A stretch of 64,000 bases of DNA. Origin: Phoronis australis. Taxonomy: Eukaryota; Animalia; Phoronida. The notes under the pieces are model-generated. The model did no database searches, was not told the DNA's origin, and was given only the letters and a program-made list of their open reading frames with translations. Positions 14,190 through 25,135 of the stretch are shown in pieces. Where the stretch lies: assembly GCA_002633005.1 (NCBI GenBank), contig NMRA01000466.1, forward strand, positions 224,633 through 288,632. Reading direction: 5' to 3'. A program made the translations under genes and the position numbers. Position 1 is the stretch's first letter; every line of letters begins with the position of its first letter.

Positions 14190-14927
14190 CGTGCGAACTT
14201 TTTTGAATTTGATTTATTATTATATTATCTAGCCACGTAGGAAAAATTAGGTTGTCCCCCAAAGTACACAACAGGATGAACGCTATAAGATTTGGCCCAC
14301 CGACCAATAGGACAAACACCAGAACATCTTACATAGTATTGCATAACAAAATAACACTCACAAGAGCGCTGAATAAGGCAGACCTTTTAATTCAAACAGC
14401 TGCGAATAACACCCGCACCCAATGGTTTTCTATTCAGAATCCTATTCAATACAACTGCTATCGGTCTTTTGTTGTTTTAGATGGGATCTCGCGGTGACGC
14501 AACAGGGCACGAAAAGACAGCTTGCCTATCAACTGACAGGCTTTTTTTGGGTGATTAAACTCGTGTTTTCTTATTTTACTAAGGCCTTGCTAGGACCATC
14601 TGGTTAGCCCAATGGTAAGTTCGGGATACAGTCACGCTTACGCTCACGGCAGTTATCACGATCGATTAACGCCTAACCCTCCGTTCTGTCTCCAGTTACG
14701 GTCACACCTAGCCAGACCAGAGGTGGTCCGGACGAAGTCTAATAATTCAGTGGCTAGATCCCTATTCGGCACCACCTGGACCGACCTGATTTCTTTCCTT
14801 TTTTCTGGTGCTCTTGTCAGGTTTAAGGAAACATGTGACTAAGGAAAAGTAACTGCTGATACATGGACAAACGTCTACTGTAGTAAGCGTTGCTAGGTTC
14901 GGGGAGAAATTCTCTGTTGCAACTTAC

Positions 14928-15027
14928 CCTTGTTACAGTTCGCTTCGCTTTCCCCTAGTTCCTTCAACGGTAGATACGTTGAGGTTTGCGTTTCCGAGCT
15001 CGGCATTTTCGATGTTTTTGAGGTCAT
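14928..15027 (-). CDS. Probable first coding exon of the SLC38-like gene (whole exon 14928-15100 including 5' UTR)
   Basis: Acceptor TTTTCTATTGCCCAG ends at 15101; donor G|GTAAGT at 14927. ATG at 15027 follows an in-frame upstream TGA and encodes MTSKTSKMPSSETQTSTYLPLKELGESEANCNK. Its phase-1 end matches the phase-1 start of exon 871-1010. Confidence 0.55.
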
Positions 15028-16455
15028 CAGATTTTTCGTCTTCCAGACACCTCACCGTTTTGCCTTGGGTGATATTCTCAGAAATTAGCTTCCATAAAAC
15101 CTGGGCAATAGAAAAGTGGTCAAATTAATTCACAGTAGCGTTCCTGTGAGATTAACATGCCGGGGACACAAACAGGACCAGCGCAACATCATCATTGTAT
15201 TCTATCTGTATCAAACACGTATAAAATGTGTTCAAGACTACTCTCCCCTTTGAGTTTGGACTCATCTATTCAGGTAGGTCAACGCCTACCTGCGAATCTA
15301 TATAAGATTTTTCTGATGAATAAAGCAACAGTATTTGTGTCACAAGAGCCTTGTGTTATGCTGGTCTTGGGGTTTTGTTGTGCAAGCTAGCATATTCGCC
15401 GCGTGTGCGACTTTAGTCTGGCACAAAATGAGTCGTAAAGCATAGGCTTTCATTTACGTTCAACAAAAAATTAACAGACAAGTATTTTTAGTTTCTAAAA
15501 TGAAAGTTGTGGAAGTTCAAATGGATTATATAGAAATCAAATAATGAACGAAATTATTAGAAAGGAATGATGAAAGAATCATGTCGTGGATTAATCAAAA
15601 CCATGAACGTTGGGATATTTTTATCATCTAATATTATTATTATTATTATTTCTGAAAAAAAATACATATGGGTTTCAATCTTACGGATAACAAAATGTGT
15701 CTTTAAAAGCTGTGCACTTAACATGTTACAAAGTGTTGAAATATCCAGATGTGACATCCGAATATTATTACTACATACGTCACATGGTGGTAAAGAGGTG
15801 TTATCATCATGGGTATTTGGTTGCATGATACCTGTATGATAAATCTGGGACCGAAAGGGGAACAATGAGTCGTTCAAGCACGCTTATCTCGTTTATTTCA
15901 TTTGAATTCTTCGAGCTAGGACTTTCGAAACCCACGTACGAGATTGGCGACTTCAGTTCCCGCTTGTTGCTATGGGAATTTTGTCAGATCTTGTTTGGCC
16001 AGTCGACTTTACGCTCAGCACCGAGCGCTACATATAGGTTCGCCTAATACGCATGCGTAGATTTTAACTTTAAACAATTGGTTTGCTTTTCAGCAATGAA
16101 AACATTCAGTACATGTATTTTCACTGGTTTCGTTGGGAAATGGTTTGAGTCAAACAAACCTTTCTTTATAATTTCCTACAAAACGTTTTACAAAATTCTG
16201 TGTAAGGAGCATGCACAAGCGTATCCTTCACAACTTCAATATGGTGTGACCTCTTATTTCTACACGTATCTTAAAAGTGTGCAAGAGAATCTACCATGCA
16301 GCACTTCTTATGAGCTGGAATTCTAGGAAATGTATTGCCAATTAAGTTGCATGCGAATGTTTCCCGCCATATGTGCTTTTGAAATGGTGCTGAAGATTTC
16401 TCAGTTAATTTGTTATAAATAAGTCTGAGTCATCTCATATTTCACCCATCACCCA

Positions 16456-17197
16456 TGATGAGTGCTGACGAACCAAGAAAGAGATATGCAACCAAAAAGC
16501 GCATTCTTAAACGACAGAGCAAACAACCCTTAACTTCCGTCAGGTGAACCCGCCTCTATGTGAAATGGACTCAAATGAGGACATTGCAAAGCTCGAAAAA
16601 GCGCTGACTTCGCCCCAGGTTATTAAAAAACTCCGTGATCAACTGTTCCAGCCTGCCCTGAATGAAACAAAGGCCTACTACGAGTCAATCATTAACCAGA
16701 AAGACAAAGAAATACAGCTGCTGAATGAGCAAGTCAACAAATTGTCAATAAATCTAGACAATTTAGTACAATACTCGCGACGTAATATTGTAGTTATATA
16801 TGGAGTCAAAGTAACTGCAAATGAAAAACCTGGAGCCACTGACAACATTGTGATTGACGTGGGACGCAAACTGGGTCTTGAAATTAACTCCCAAGGAACC
16901 AGTAGATCTCAAACTCGGGCCCAAACTACGTAAACATGGAGCTGAAAATTTGTGTCATACAATAGCAGAGCTGCTTTCCTTCACAACAGACGTCAACTAC
17001 GTAAATTGAACTTCCCATACCCAATCTACAACAATGAAAATCTCACGAAACCACGGTCCCTCCTCTACGCCCGCTGTCGCCCCCTCGTATAATCCAAAAC
17101 CGGCTTGGACGCATGACGGTACAGCTGCATAATAACAGGATCAAGCAGGTTTCCTCAGAAAGTGACCTTCTAGTGTTAGGAAACTGCGAAGTTTAAA
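16456..17197 (+). mobile_element. Decayed LINE ORF1 (CR1/L2-type coiled coil + RRM)
   Basis: Coiled coil, then DNLVQYSRRNIVVIYGV (cf. LEQYSRRNNIxIxGV); after a frameshift KFVSYNSR...IYNNENLTKPRSLLY...AWTHDG. No ORF2 recognised downstream. Confidence 0.75.
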
Positions 17198-18454
17198 TTG
17201 TATCCTACTCTCTTGTCCTGTTGTAGTTTATATCCCAATTACTCACTGTCGATATCCCTCATTTTGTTCTCATTATACTTACCCCACTCCCCATGTGTTG
17301 GCATGATCAACTAATATTGTCCTGTCCTTTGAAACCTTTCAGGCTTTCTCCCTTATGTAATACCCACTCAAGTTACATCATTATAATCAGTGGTGGTGTA
17401 CTCTATCCAGGTCCGCAGCGATCACAACACCCTATACTGACCACAGGCAACGACAGTGCAAGGAATTCTTAATCCGAATCTAAAATATTCATGTTTGAGG
17501 GCGTGAATTTTGTTCCTTATTGCCTCTTACGGTTTCCTGGGCACCCTTACCAAAAACGTAGTATAGTTTCTTTGCAACTGCCTACAGACTGTATTAAATG
17601 GTATTTTTGGTGGTTGTGAAAACATGTTTCCCACATTTTATTTTGAATGTGTGAGAGAATAGTACATTGCAAGATATATTCACATAGGATAATGATTCTT
17701 ATATGTGAATTCCTGCCTTAGTGGCTGTCCCTTATATAGTTATTATTTTTTTGAACTGTTGTGTTTCGCAGAAGGTTGATTTTATGGACAACTGCATATC
17801 AAATTGCCGGTCAGGATAAGTTCACACGTCACTGATTTTGTGCGGCATTTCTGTTCGTTCGTGTTATTGACACCTCTTACATGCTATGTTTTTGATTTTA
17901 ATTTTTAGACACTCGCTCTGTTCTCTCTAAGTCAGATGCAGAATCTACAACTTCATGTGATTTTTCTTGTGAGTTTCAAAATGGCTGCCCATGACATTAA
18001 TTGAGTTCTTATTGTTTTATCTTGCCCGTGAAAAAATCACGTTGCGCACGGTCTGTCATCATACTTGAGTTTATAATAAATTTCATTTTAAATTAATCCT
18101 TTCGAAAACTGATGCTCCAATCCGATAACACTGAACACATGAACTGATCAGTCATTACTGGGTGGCCTATAGTGGTAAGCACTTCTAAAACGTGTTACAA
18201 CTAAATTATCCATAGTGAGAGATCATCAATATTTCAGTTTTGTTTTCTTCAGCGTCTTTGAGTGTTGAAACCTTTATTTTTTCACCTTCTTTTGTCCCTA
18301 ATTAATCAGTCATATTTCCTCTGTACATATCTTTAGGTCAATCATTATCACCTTACCTGCCTTATTACGTCTTCAAATAAATATGTGTTTTGTATTCACT
18401 TACAACAGAACTAACTCGTTTCCCAACATTAAATTTTTATGTTGTGTTATCCAA

Positions 18455-18573
18455 CTAAGAGAAAAAGACGATTCTTTCTTCGATACATTTCGTCCGAATA
18501 ACAACCAATTTCTCTCTGTAATATTACCAAGTTCAAACTTCTCCTCGGGTGCGTCCGTTTCGTTGGAACTCAT
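18455..18573 (-). pseudogene. Small putative membrane protein remnant of the Polinton-like element
   Basis: MSSNETDAPEEKFELGNITERNWLLFGRNVSKKE then a one-base frameshift to IVFFS; starts 30 nt after the integrase stop and is truncated. Confidence 0.4.
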
Positions 18574-18602
18574 GCTAGTGAATGAGGGCAGTGGTGTAAG
18601 TA

Positions 18603-18965
18603 TCAATTGTTATAGGTGACAAATTGACGCTCGTTAACCCACGAATTGAAGGAGTCGGGATATCCCGCCCACTTCACGAGATATTCAGTCTGCTTTCTTC
18701 TTTGACGCGTTTTGAGAACGCTCTCCTCCTTGTATACAATTATATTGGAAGTTCTTGTTGGTAAAACGTTCCTACGAGTATTTCTCCGTGATCATCCATC
18801 ACTGTGTATGTTGTCGGTGTGCTTGAGACCACTTTATCAATAGTGAAGAATTCTTCCCTTCTTGAAAGGACGTTTTGCCATGCTTATAACAGCCCGGTCA
18901 CCGGTCTTAAATTTCGGTTGAGTCTGTTTCGTATATGATCCGTAAAGGGTCCGCCATACTGTCTG
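18603..18965 (-). pseudogene. Polinton retroviral-like integrase, C-terminal part with chromodomain
   Basis: VWRTLYG...PKFKTGDRAVISMAKRPFKKG / EEFFTIDKVV...YTVMDDHGEILVGTFYQQEL / VYKEESVLKTRQRRKQTEYLVKWAGYPDSFNSWV; two frameshifts, DDE core deleted. Confidence 0.85.
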
Positions 18966-19169
18966 TCAGACGATTGACCGTGGGTTTGTTTAAAAGGTAG
19001 CTATGCTTTGAGATTGTGCGTAGAGGGAAAGTAAATATTCAAATCCAGTAATTAATTTATTATATGATAATCCCTAATTAGACAAGTGAAACCTGTTGTT
19101 AATTAAGTAATCAACTACAAAGAAGAGTAACTATGCTAGCGCCCTCTTTAAAGATTACCTCAATCAATC

Positions 19170-19604
19170 GTTTCCTGAGATCGTCATTCAAGAGATCAGT
19201 GATGTTCGAAAATTCAATGGGTGATCCGTCAATGTAGACACGAACTCGTTCGTCCAAGCTCATTCTCGTATTCTTTTGAATCTTATCCAGCAGCAACTGG
19301 GCCTTATGACGCATAGAGACTGTGACGGAGTAAACAATATCAGCTTCAATTGTTCGTTTCCATCTTCGGCCTGCTTTGATTCCCTTATTTGACTCTGTCG
19401 TGAAAGGTGACAAATCGCCGAAGAATCTGATTATATATTTTCACTTTGTGACTCTCATCAACGTCTTTCCGCTCCACGATTTTTTTGCATGTCTTGTTCC
19501 AACCCACTCAAAGCTTTGACGGGAAGGCTAGGGGGAGATTTGGATGTGGAGAGTGATTCTAATAAGCTAGGGTCAACGAGAGCCATTTTCTTGGCGTACT
19601 CCAT
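19170..19604 (-). pseudogene. Polinton/Adintovirus-type uncharacterised protein remnant
   Basis: MEYAKKMALVDPSLL...LSGLEQDMQK, then after a frameshift KAQLLLDKIQKN...IDGSPIEFSNITDLLNDDLRKR. The ATG lies 1 nt after the upstream stop. Confidence 0.6.
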
Positions 19605-19605
19605 T

Positions 19606-19948
19606 TTACCTTTGACCGAATAACCCGGGAAGAATTGTTCCAGCCAAGCCATCGATGAGAGGCGCTAATACTGCTTCAAGAAATCCACCTCGTTGTAAAA
19701 TCTGCGTTTTAGTTTTCAGAGGCGTCTTCTTCACAAGAGTGCTTAGACTTGTTTTGTGTTTACGAAGCTTCGACGTTTGATTGGGGGGTCAGTGGTAGGT
19801 TTCCGTTTAATTCGTTGACTGCTACTTCACAAAGACAGTGGATGAGATCCTTGTCGGCGTGTTTAATTAATGTTTTGACAATACTAGGTTTACACTTGGA
19901 CAGTAGTTTGAGTGTATCCGAATGTCTCCTCAACCTTCTCGAGGGCAT
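19606..19948 (-). pseudogene. Small basic protein with C-terminal GG-FL hydrophobic tail (adenovirus pX-like virion core protein)
   Basis: MPSRRLRRHSDTLKLLSKCKP...IHCLCEVAVNELNGNLPLTP / KLRKHK...QILQRGGFLEAVLAPLIDGLAGTILPGLFGQR*; one frameshift. Confidence 0.6.
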
Positions 19949-20000
19949 CTTACGCGTGCAAAGTCTGGACATCGACTGACGTAACTCATAGCTTACGGGT

Positions 20001-20590
20001 CTATTTCAATTTTTTGGGAAGGTAGGCAATTTACGTTTCATCTGGAAAAACACGCGTCCTCAGCCGCATGTGATGTGGAGTAAATTCTTTTAGATCTACG
20101 AAAAGATAAGCTAAAGGTTCATTGGTAGCATCAGCAAACGCTTCCTGTACGAATCTGGTATTTCCCGGACGCATCTGCTAGGCCAGGTGTACAATTTGTG
20201 TTTTATCCCGTGGGTAGTGCGCGTTTAGACTAATGGTGCGCATCTCATTGTTTTTAGAAAACAAGTTTTGAACTATCAAAACAACATACACGTTTCTATG
20301 GTGAGTGCTTTTAGTAAATAAGTTTGTCACACTTCCATCCATTTCACTCATCAGGTCGTCGATTACCACGAAATGTCGCTTGCGTTTATCGAAACTAGAA
20401 AGTTTGGGCAACCCTTCTACAAAGTTGACGTTGGTCAAATTAGAAAATACATCTTGATATTCGCCGAAACAATACGTCACAGTGTACGGAGGAGTGCATT
20501 ACGCAAAATGCGCATGGTACACTGAGTTTTTCTACTCGATGTTGGACCACTGACAATCATTGTGAACGTGTGAGCGAGTCTCACGTCCAT
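20001..20590 (-). pseudogene. A32/FtsK-like genome-packaging ATPase of the Polinton-like element
   Basis: MDVRLAHTFTMIVSGPTSSRKT (Walker A, G>R), FVVIDDLM (Walker B), LFTKSTHHRN, IVQNLF, RTISLNAHY, PRDKTQI...QEAFADAT...YLFVDL...RLRT; frameshift and stops. Confidence 0.9.
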
Positions 20591-20956
20591 ACTGCGCTGT
20601 ATCTCGTGACAGAGTGAACGATAGGAGTTACTTACATAAATTTTGTTTGGGTTATACGAACAACAATGGAAACGAGTTCAACACTTGATTTATTTTATCA
20701 TAATCAAATCTTGACTAGCACAGTGTTCAGGTCAGTACAGCGTTACTCAGATATTAAATTTAGTGTCTCTTAGCAGTTCCATTCACCGTCTGCTGTCGTG
20801 CTATGTTACCGCCTCCGTCTTTATCGTCTGCTGGGTCACTTCAAAAGAGTTTTGGCTATCGGTAGCTTTGTCGGTCCAATTCCGAATTTCAAAGTGCCTT
20901 TGTTCTCCGCTCCTTGCGCTGGGTTAAAAACCGGTAGTGTTGGGGGAGCGGTTGCT

Positions 20957-21214
20957 TTACGTTTCTTGGTAGGCACATTGGTTTTTTCTTTGAAGTTTCT
21001 TTAGGACTTCGTTAACGATCTCAATGAATCCCTTGAGTTTCTCGTACATGTATTCATCTTCATTGAGCCTGATTCCTATCTTTGTCGCGAAAAGTATGCC
21101 TGGTCGAGCGTTGTCTTCGTCATAACGTTTAATGTGTAACACTTTACGGCCCTTGAAGTCCTGCACGGTCACAAATATGTTCCTGCCCAGTGGATGCATT
21201 TTAACCAGTTCCAT
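20957..21214 (-). pseudogene. PC4/Sub1-like ssDNA-binding protein of the Polinton-like element
   Basis: LGRNIFVTVQDFKGRKVLHIKRY...ATKIGIRLNEDEY resembles PC4 (VSVRDFKGKVLIDIREY...KGISL); intronless; minus-strand AATAAA near 20690. Confidence 0.7.
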
Positions 21215-21730
21215 TTTGTGAAAATATCGTCGAATGATTTGGAATAGCGAGACGCTCAATTTACAGGAACTTCTACCCGTCGTAGACACGTTGAGACACG
21301 TTTGGGCAGGCCCGAAACACGACATCGCTTGAAATTTTATACACAAATATCGACCAATCATGGGCTAACATTTGAGATCACGTGAGTCTAATCGGTCTAA
21401 ACCGCAAGGGTTACCTCAAACACGTTCGGGCACGTTTGGGCAGACCCGACAAACAAAAACTCTCATTTCGCATTACCTAAACATTGACCAATCAAATGTT
21501 ATTATTTGCGATACTAACTGTTTTAGACCGGTTTTTCGTTCGCATACTAAAAGGGTTGCGTTTTATCAGTTTCAACATGTCAAATCATCTAACACCGTAG
21601 GTTTAACTGGACCGGTTAGAGAAGGACCTTAATCCAAGGTAAAGATCATTCGTGTAAGACGTCGGTAAACCAGAACGAAGACGAATCGGAAATCACGTGA
21701 CTGCTGACGTGTTCAAGTAGGTGAGGGCTT

Positions 21731-22572
21731 CCCTTACAAAATAGACTTAACTTTTTTTCGCTGAAAACTTAAGTTTTTGGCGAAAAAAATTAACTTTCTG
21801 GAAAATAACTTAAGTTTTCGTGAAAAACTTAAGTTTTTCAGCACAACGTTAAGTTTTTCAGAAAACTTAAGTTTTCTCAGATATAAAACTTAAGTTTTCA
21901 CAAATAAACTTAAGTTTCAATAATAACTTAAGTTTTCATGAAAACTTGAGTTTTTTGAACTATCAAAACTTAAGTTTTTCTGACTTCTTAAGTTTTTCAG
22001 AAAACCGGAGTTTTTTCATGTGTGGAAAACTTAAGTTTTCTAAAAACTCTAAGTTTTCTATGTGATGAAAATTTACGTTTTCAGGTTTTTAAAATTGTAA
22101 TATTGTGAGATATTTGCATTTTTTTGTTCGAAATTTTCCCATTATTTTCCAGCAAAAAATCGTTCGCTCATGCAAAACCCGTCATCTTAGAAAAATGTTT
22201 CCTTAACATTTAGATAGATACAAACCATAAAACTACGAACTTTTAACCTAGTCAGTACAGAATTAGTGCGATTATGTAATCATTATCACAGGTCTTTGTG
22301 AATTAAATGTAGACGAACATCCGGTGACCAACAGCAGTATAAATGCACCGCAATGTTCATCCCGCGAGACATTACCTGATCAGTACAATGTATCCAATAG
22401 AACTTATGCAATTCTCTAAAAAAACGTAGTTATTATGCAAGTTTCCTTTGTGTTGAGTTGTATTGCTAAGGCAGTTTCCACCGGAAGTCAACTGTTTGTA
22501 TTTATAACCGACAGTCAACTTCGAAGAAAAGTACGTGTGTCGGCCAGCCCGCGACAGTGAAGTTTATATAAC
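21731..22572. mobile_element. Truncated second copy of the CMC/EnSpm-like element (left arm only)
   Basis: Starts CCCTTACAAAA and is colinear with ~11533-12585, including the AAAACTTAAGTTTT array and unique internal sequence. Confidence 0.8.
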
Positions 22573-22793
22573 TGCGTGCAGAGCTTGCAAGAAGACATCA
22601 TATATAAAAAGTAAATTGTCAGACTTATATGCTGTACGGTAAATGAGTATGATGAAATCCTGGACGAATCTCTGAACACAAATTGAACATGCTTCAAGCA
22701 AGGCAAGTTTAAATGTTAAAAACGAAACAGTGATATTAGGATTGTGAGTTGTGAGTTGAATAAAATGTGAAATATCACTCCATGAGATATTAA

Positions 22794-23757
22794 AGTGTAC
22801 GCAACATGACTCTAGTACCTCAAAATAAATTTTATTATTATATCTTACTTGATTTCAGTGCCTTTAGTGCACAGCTCATAAAGAAACACGTAAAAATTGA
22901 AAAAAATAATAATTATGTACAACGTCATGGGTTGAACCCAAGTCGTTCGGCACACTGTTCGGATCAGCAACTAAGTGTATAGAGTGAAGTGAAAGTAAAG
23001 TATATTTAGCGTCGAGAAGGTTCGTAGAGGGATGAAAAGATGTGTTTGCGGAGGCTGCAGCAACAGCAGTCAGACGGAGAACGTCTCGGTGTTCCGAAGG
23101 ACGCCAAAGTTGCGCAGTAGTGGCATCGCTTCGTGCGCCGAACGAGAGTGTGGGACCTCAGCGTGGACCAAGCGATTCTGTCCGGAGCCACTCTGTGTTC
23201 TGTCCACTTTGAGGAGTCGTGTTTCGACTCCAATCAGAGGAGATGTTACGATGAAGGCCTGGTTCAATAAAGGACAATATTTACTATTCAGAAACATCGG
23301 CTCTTTATTCAGGATCGTCTGTTGGATGACTGGGTTGACTGGCCGAGCCCGAGGCCGCTTCTCTCGCGGGAGGATCCAGTTCGTAAGGCCTCAAAGTAGA
23401 AAAGTACGCAGCTGAAAACATATCAAACTCGTTCTCGCTTTCGTGCAACCCCATTTCGTCATCCTGGCCACCATTCTCGTACGTTTCTTCATAGTATTTG
23501 TTCATTTCTTGCTCATAATCGTTGTCGCTTTCAAATTCCCTACTCTCCGCCGTTGTTCAATGCTAGTCGCTGATCTCTTGTGTTCAACCCATGATGTCAC
23601 ATGGCGGGAAATGTGAAAATTGGCAAAATTGAAAGAGAAATCAAAATTTCGAGCTAATGACACAAAATAATCATGGATTTGGCTAAATTTTACGTCATAC
23701 ATTTAGTCTGTGGCCACCGGTAATTCGAAATGTGCAAAAATCCATGGTGTGTACTGT
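22794..23757. mobile_element. Internally deleted Kolobok-type DNA transposon
   Basis: TTAA at both ends (22790-93, 23758-61); imperfect TIRs AGTGTACGCAACATG / ACAGTACACACCATG (11 of 15 match); THAP remnant on + (23032-23270) and a convergent minus-strand ORF start (23505) with PYELDP. Confidence 0.7.
23032..23270 (+). pseudogene. THAP domain pseudogene within the Kolobok element
   Basis: MKRCVCGGCSN...VSV / PKDAKVAQ*WHRFVRRTR...TLCSVHFEESCF; one frameshift and one stop. Confidence 0.75.
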
Positions 23758-24630
23758 TTAAGGAAATGAATGAAACAGTACCTCCAGGTTTCTTCAGATA
23801 ATCTGCTTCTATGACCAGTTTGGGACTCTTCAAAGACGTTTGTACAGTGGGGTTTGTCGAAACCACTCATTCTGAAAGTACAGATGACGAAGGAGGGTTT
23901 AAATACAATTTGACTCGTTTTACCAGGAGCAATCACAAGATTTAAGAATGTACTTTCAGTCAATTTGTCACACCTTCATGCTTAAAACAACTAATTACCA
24001 GAAGGCAAAATTTGTAGCTGAGACAGCATCATTCTAAACTGACAGCGACTTACGAGACTTCTAACTGATGTAAATTCAGGCTTACATTAGAGCCCATAGT
24101 CTAATCTCTGTATTCTATACACAACTCGAAAATTGAGCAATTCCATGACATGAGCAAACATAAAGATTTGTACTCTAATCACGTGACTTGATTGGCTAAT
24201 TTTTTGAGGTTGTGGGTCCAAGTAATGTGCCTGGACCATGCAGACTGCAAGTAACCATTTTCTCCTAACCTGCAAAGTTTAAGATGAAAACACAGAGAAA
24301 AAAGGCCACCAGTAACTGAATGAGTTTGGCCCACCTATTCTTTCTTTTTAAACTTAATGGAATAATAGAGAACAACTTAGTTGGTCAGTATTCTCATAAG
24401 TGGAAAAAAATAATGCAAAACTAATTAGACATTGTCAAGTATAGCCATCTTGACCAAGACTTACCCCCCCACTGTACCCAGTACGACCAACAAACATATG
24501 AGCTTTCTAATAAAGCTATTGGCATGGCCAGGTGAAGTCCCTTACACATCCTACAAACGTCTCCCCCCTCTTCCACGACAATTCTTTACACCAACTGCTA
24601 CACTGTTTTGCTAGTTAAAATCGACCTAAA

Positions 24631-25135
24631 AGCCTACTTTCATACTGACTTAAATCCGGTCTGCGCACAGCGTCGACATGAACTGCGAAGTTCATTGAAC
24701 CGTTTATACCGGCTTCGGTAGTTAACGGGTGTCTAAGTAAACTGTAGCTGACGATGCTGTCATCGAAGTAAACGCAACGTAGTGCAGATGCATCACTAGC
24801 ACGCTAGGATTTTTTAATGTGATAATTTGGGAACATTGACATGTGCTAATTGACACAAAAACTATTTCTAATTCGATTGGTGACTATTCGAGCAAAATAT
24901 GAGCAGCAATTAGCGACGACACTACACTTAATTGTTGATGATAACAGTGGCCCCTGACAATAATTTCGATGTAATCGATGTTGACCATTCTTACTGCACC
25001 GCAGCGTCGACGGTCCGCTTGTCTACTGTGAAGTTAACTGACACAGTTAACTTCGATTCAGGACCGAAGTTAACAGTTCATCCTGACTGCAACTCCCCAA
25101 AACATCGACGTGTCGACGTTAGAATGAAAGGGCCT
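24631..25135. mobile_element. Degenerate PIF/Harbinger-like MITE
   Basis: Imperfect TIRs AGCCTACTTTCATACTGAC / GTTAGAATGAAAGGGCCT in a TAA/TTA-like context. Confidence 0.35.

Larger units (their letters stand above)
18455..21720 (-). mobile_element. Decayed Polinton/Maverick (Adintovirus-like) endogenous viral element fragment
   Basis: Six intronless, co-oriented, tightly packed ORF remnants including an A32/FtsK packaging ATPase and an integrase C-terminus with chromodomain. Boundaries approximate; no TIR recognised. Confidence 0.85.

Noticed and set aside
21690-21730. Polinton terminal AGT-repeat or TIR
   Set aside because: Only ACTGCT and AGTAG fragments with no matching inverted partner or 6-bp TSD.
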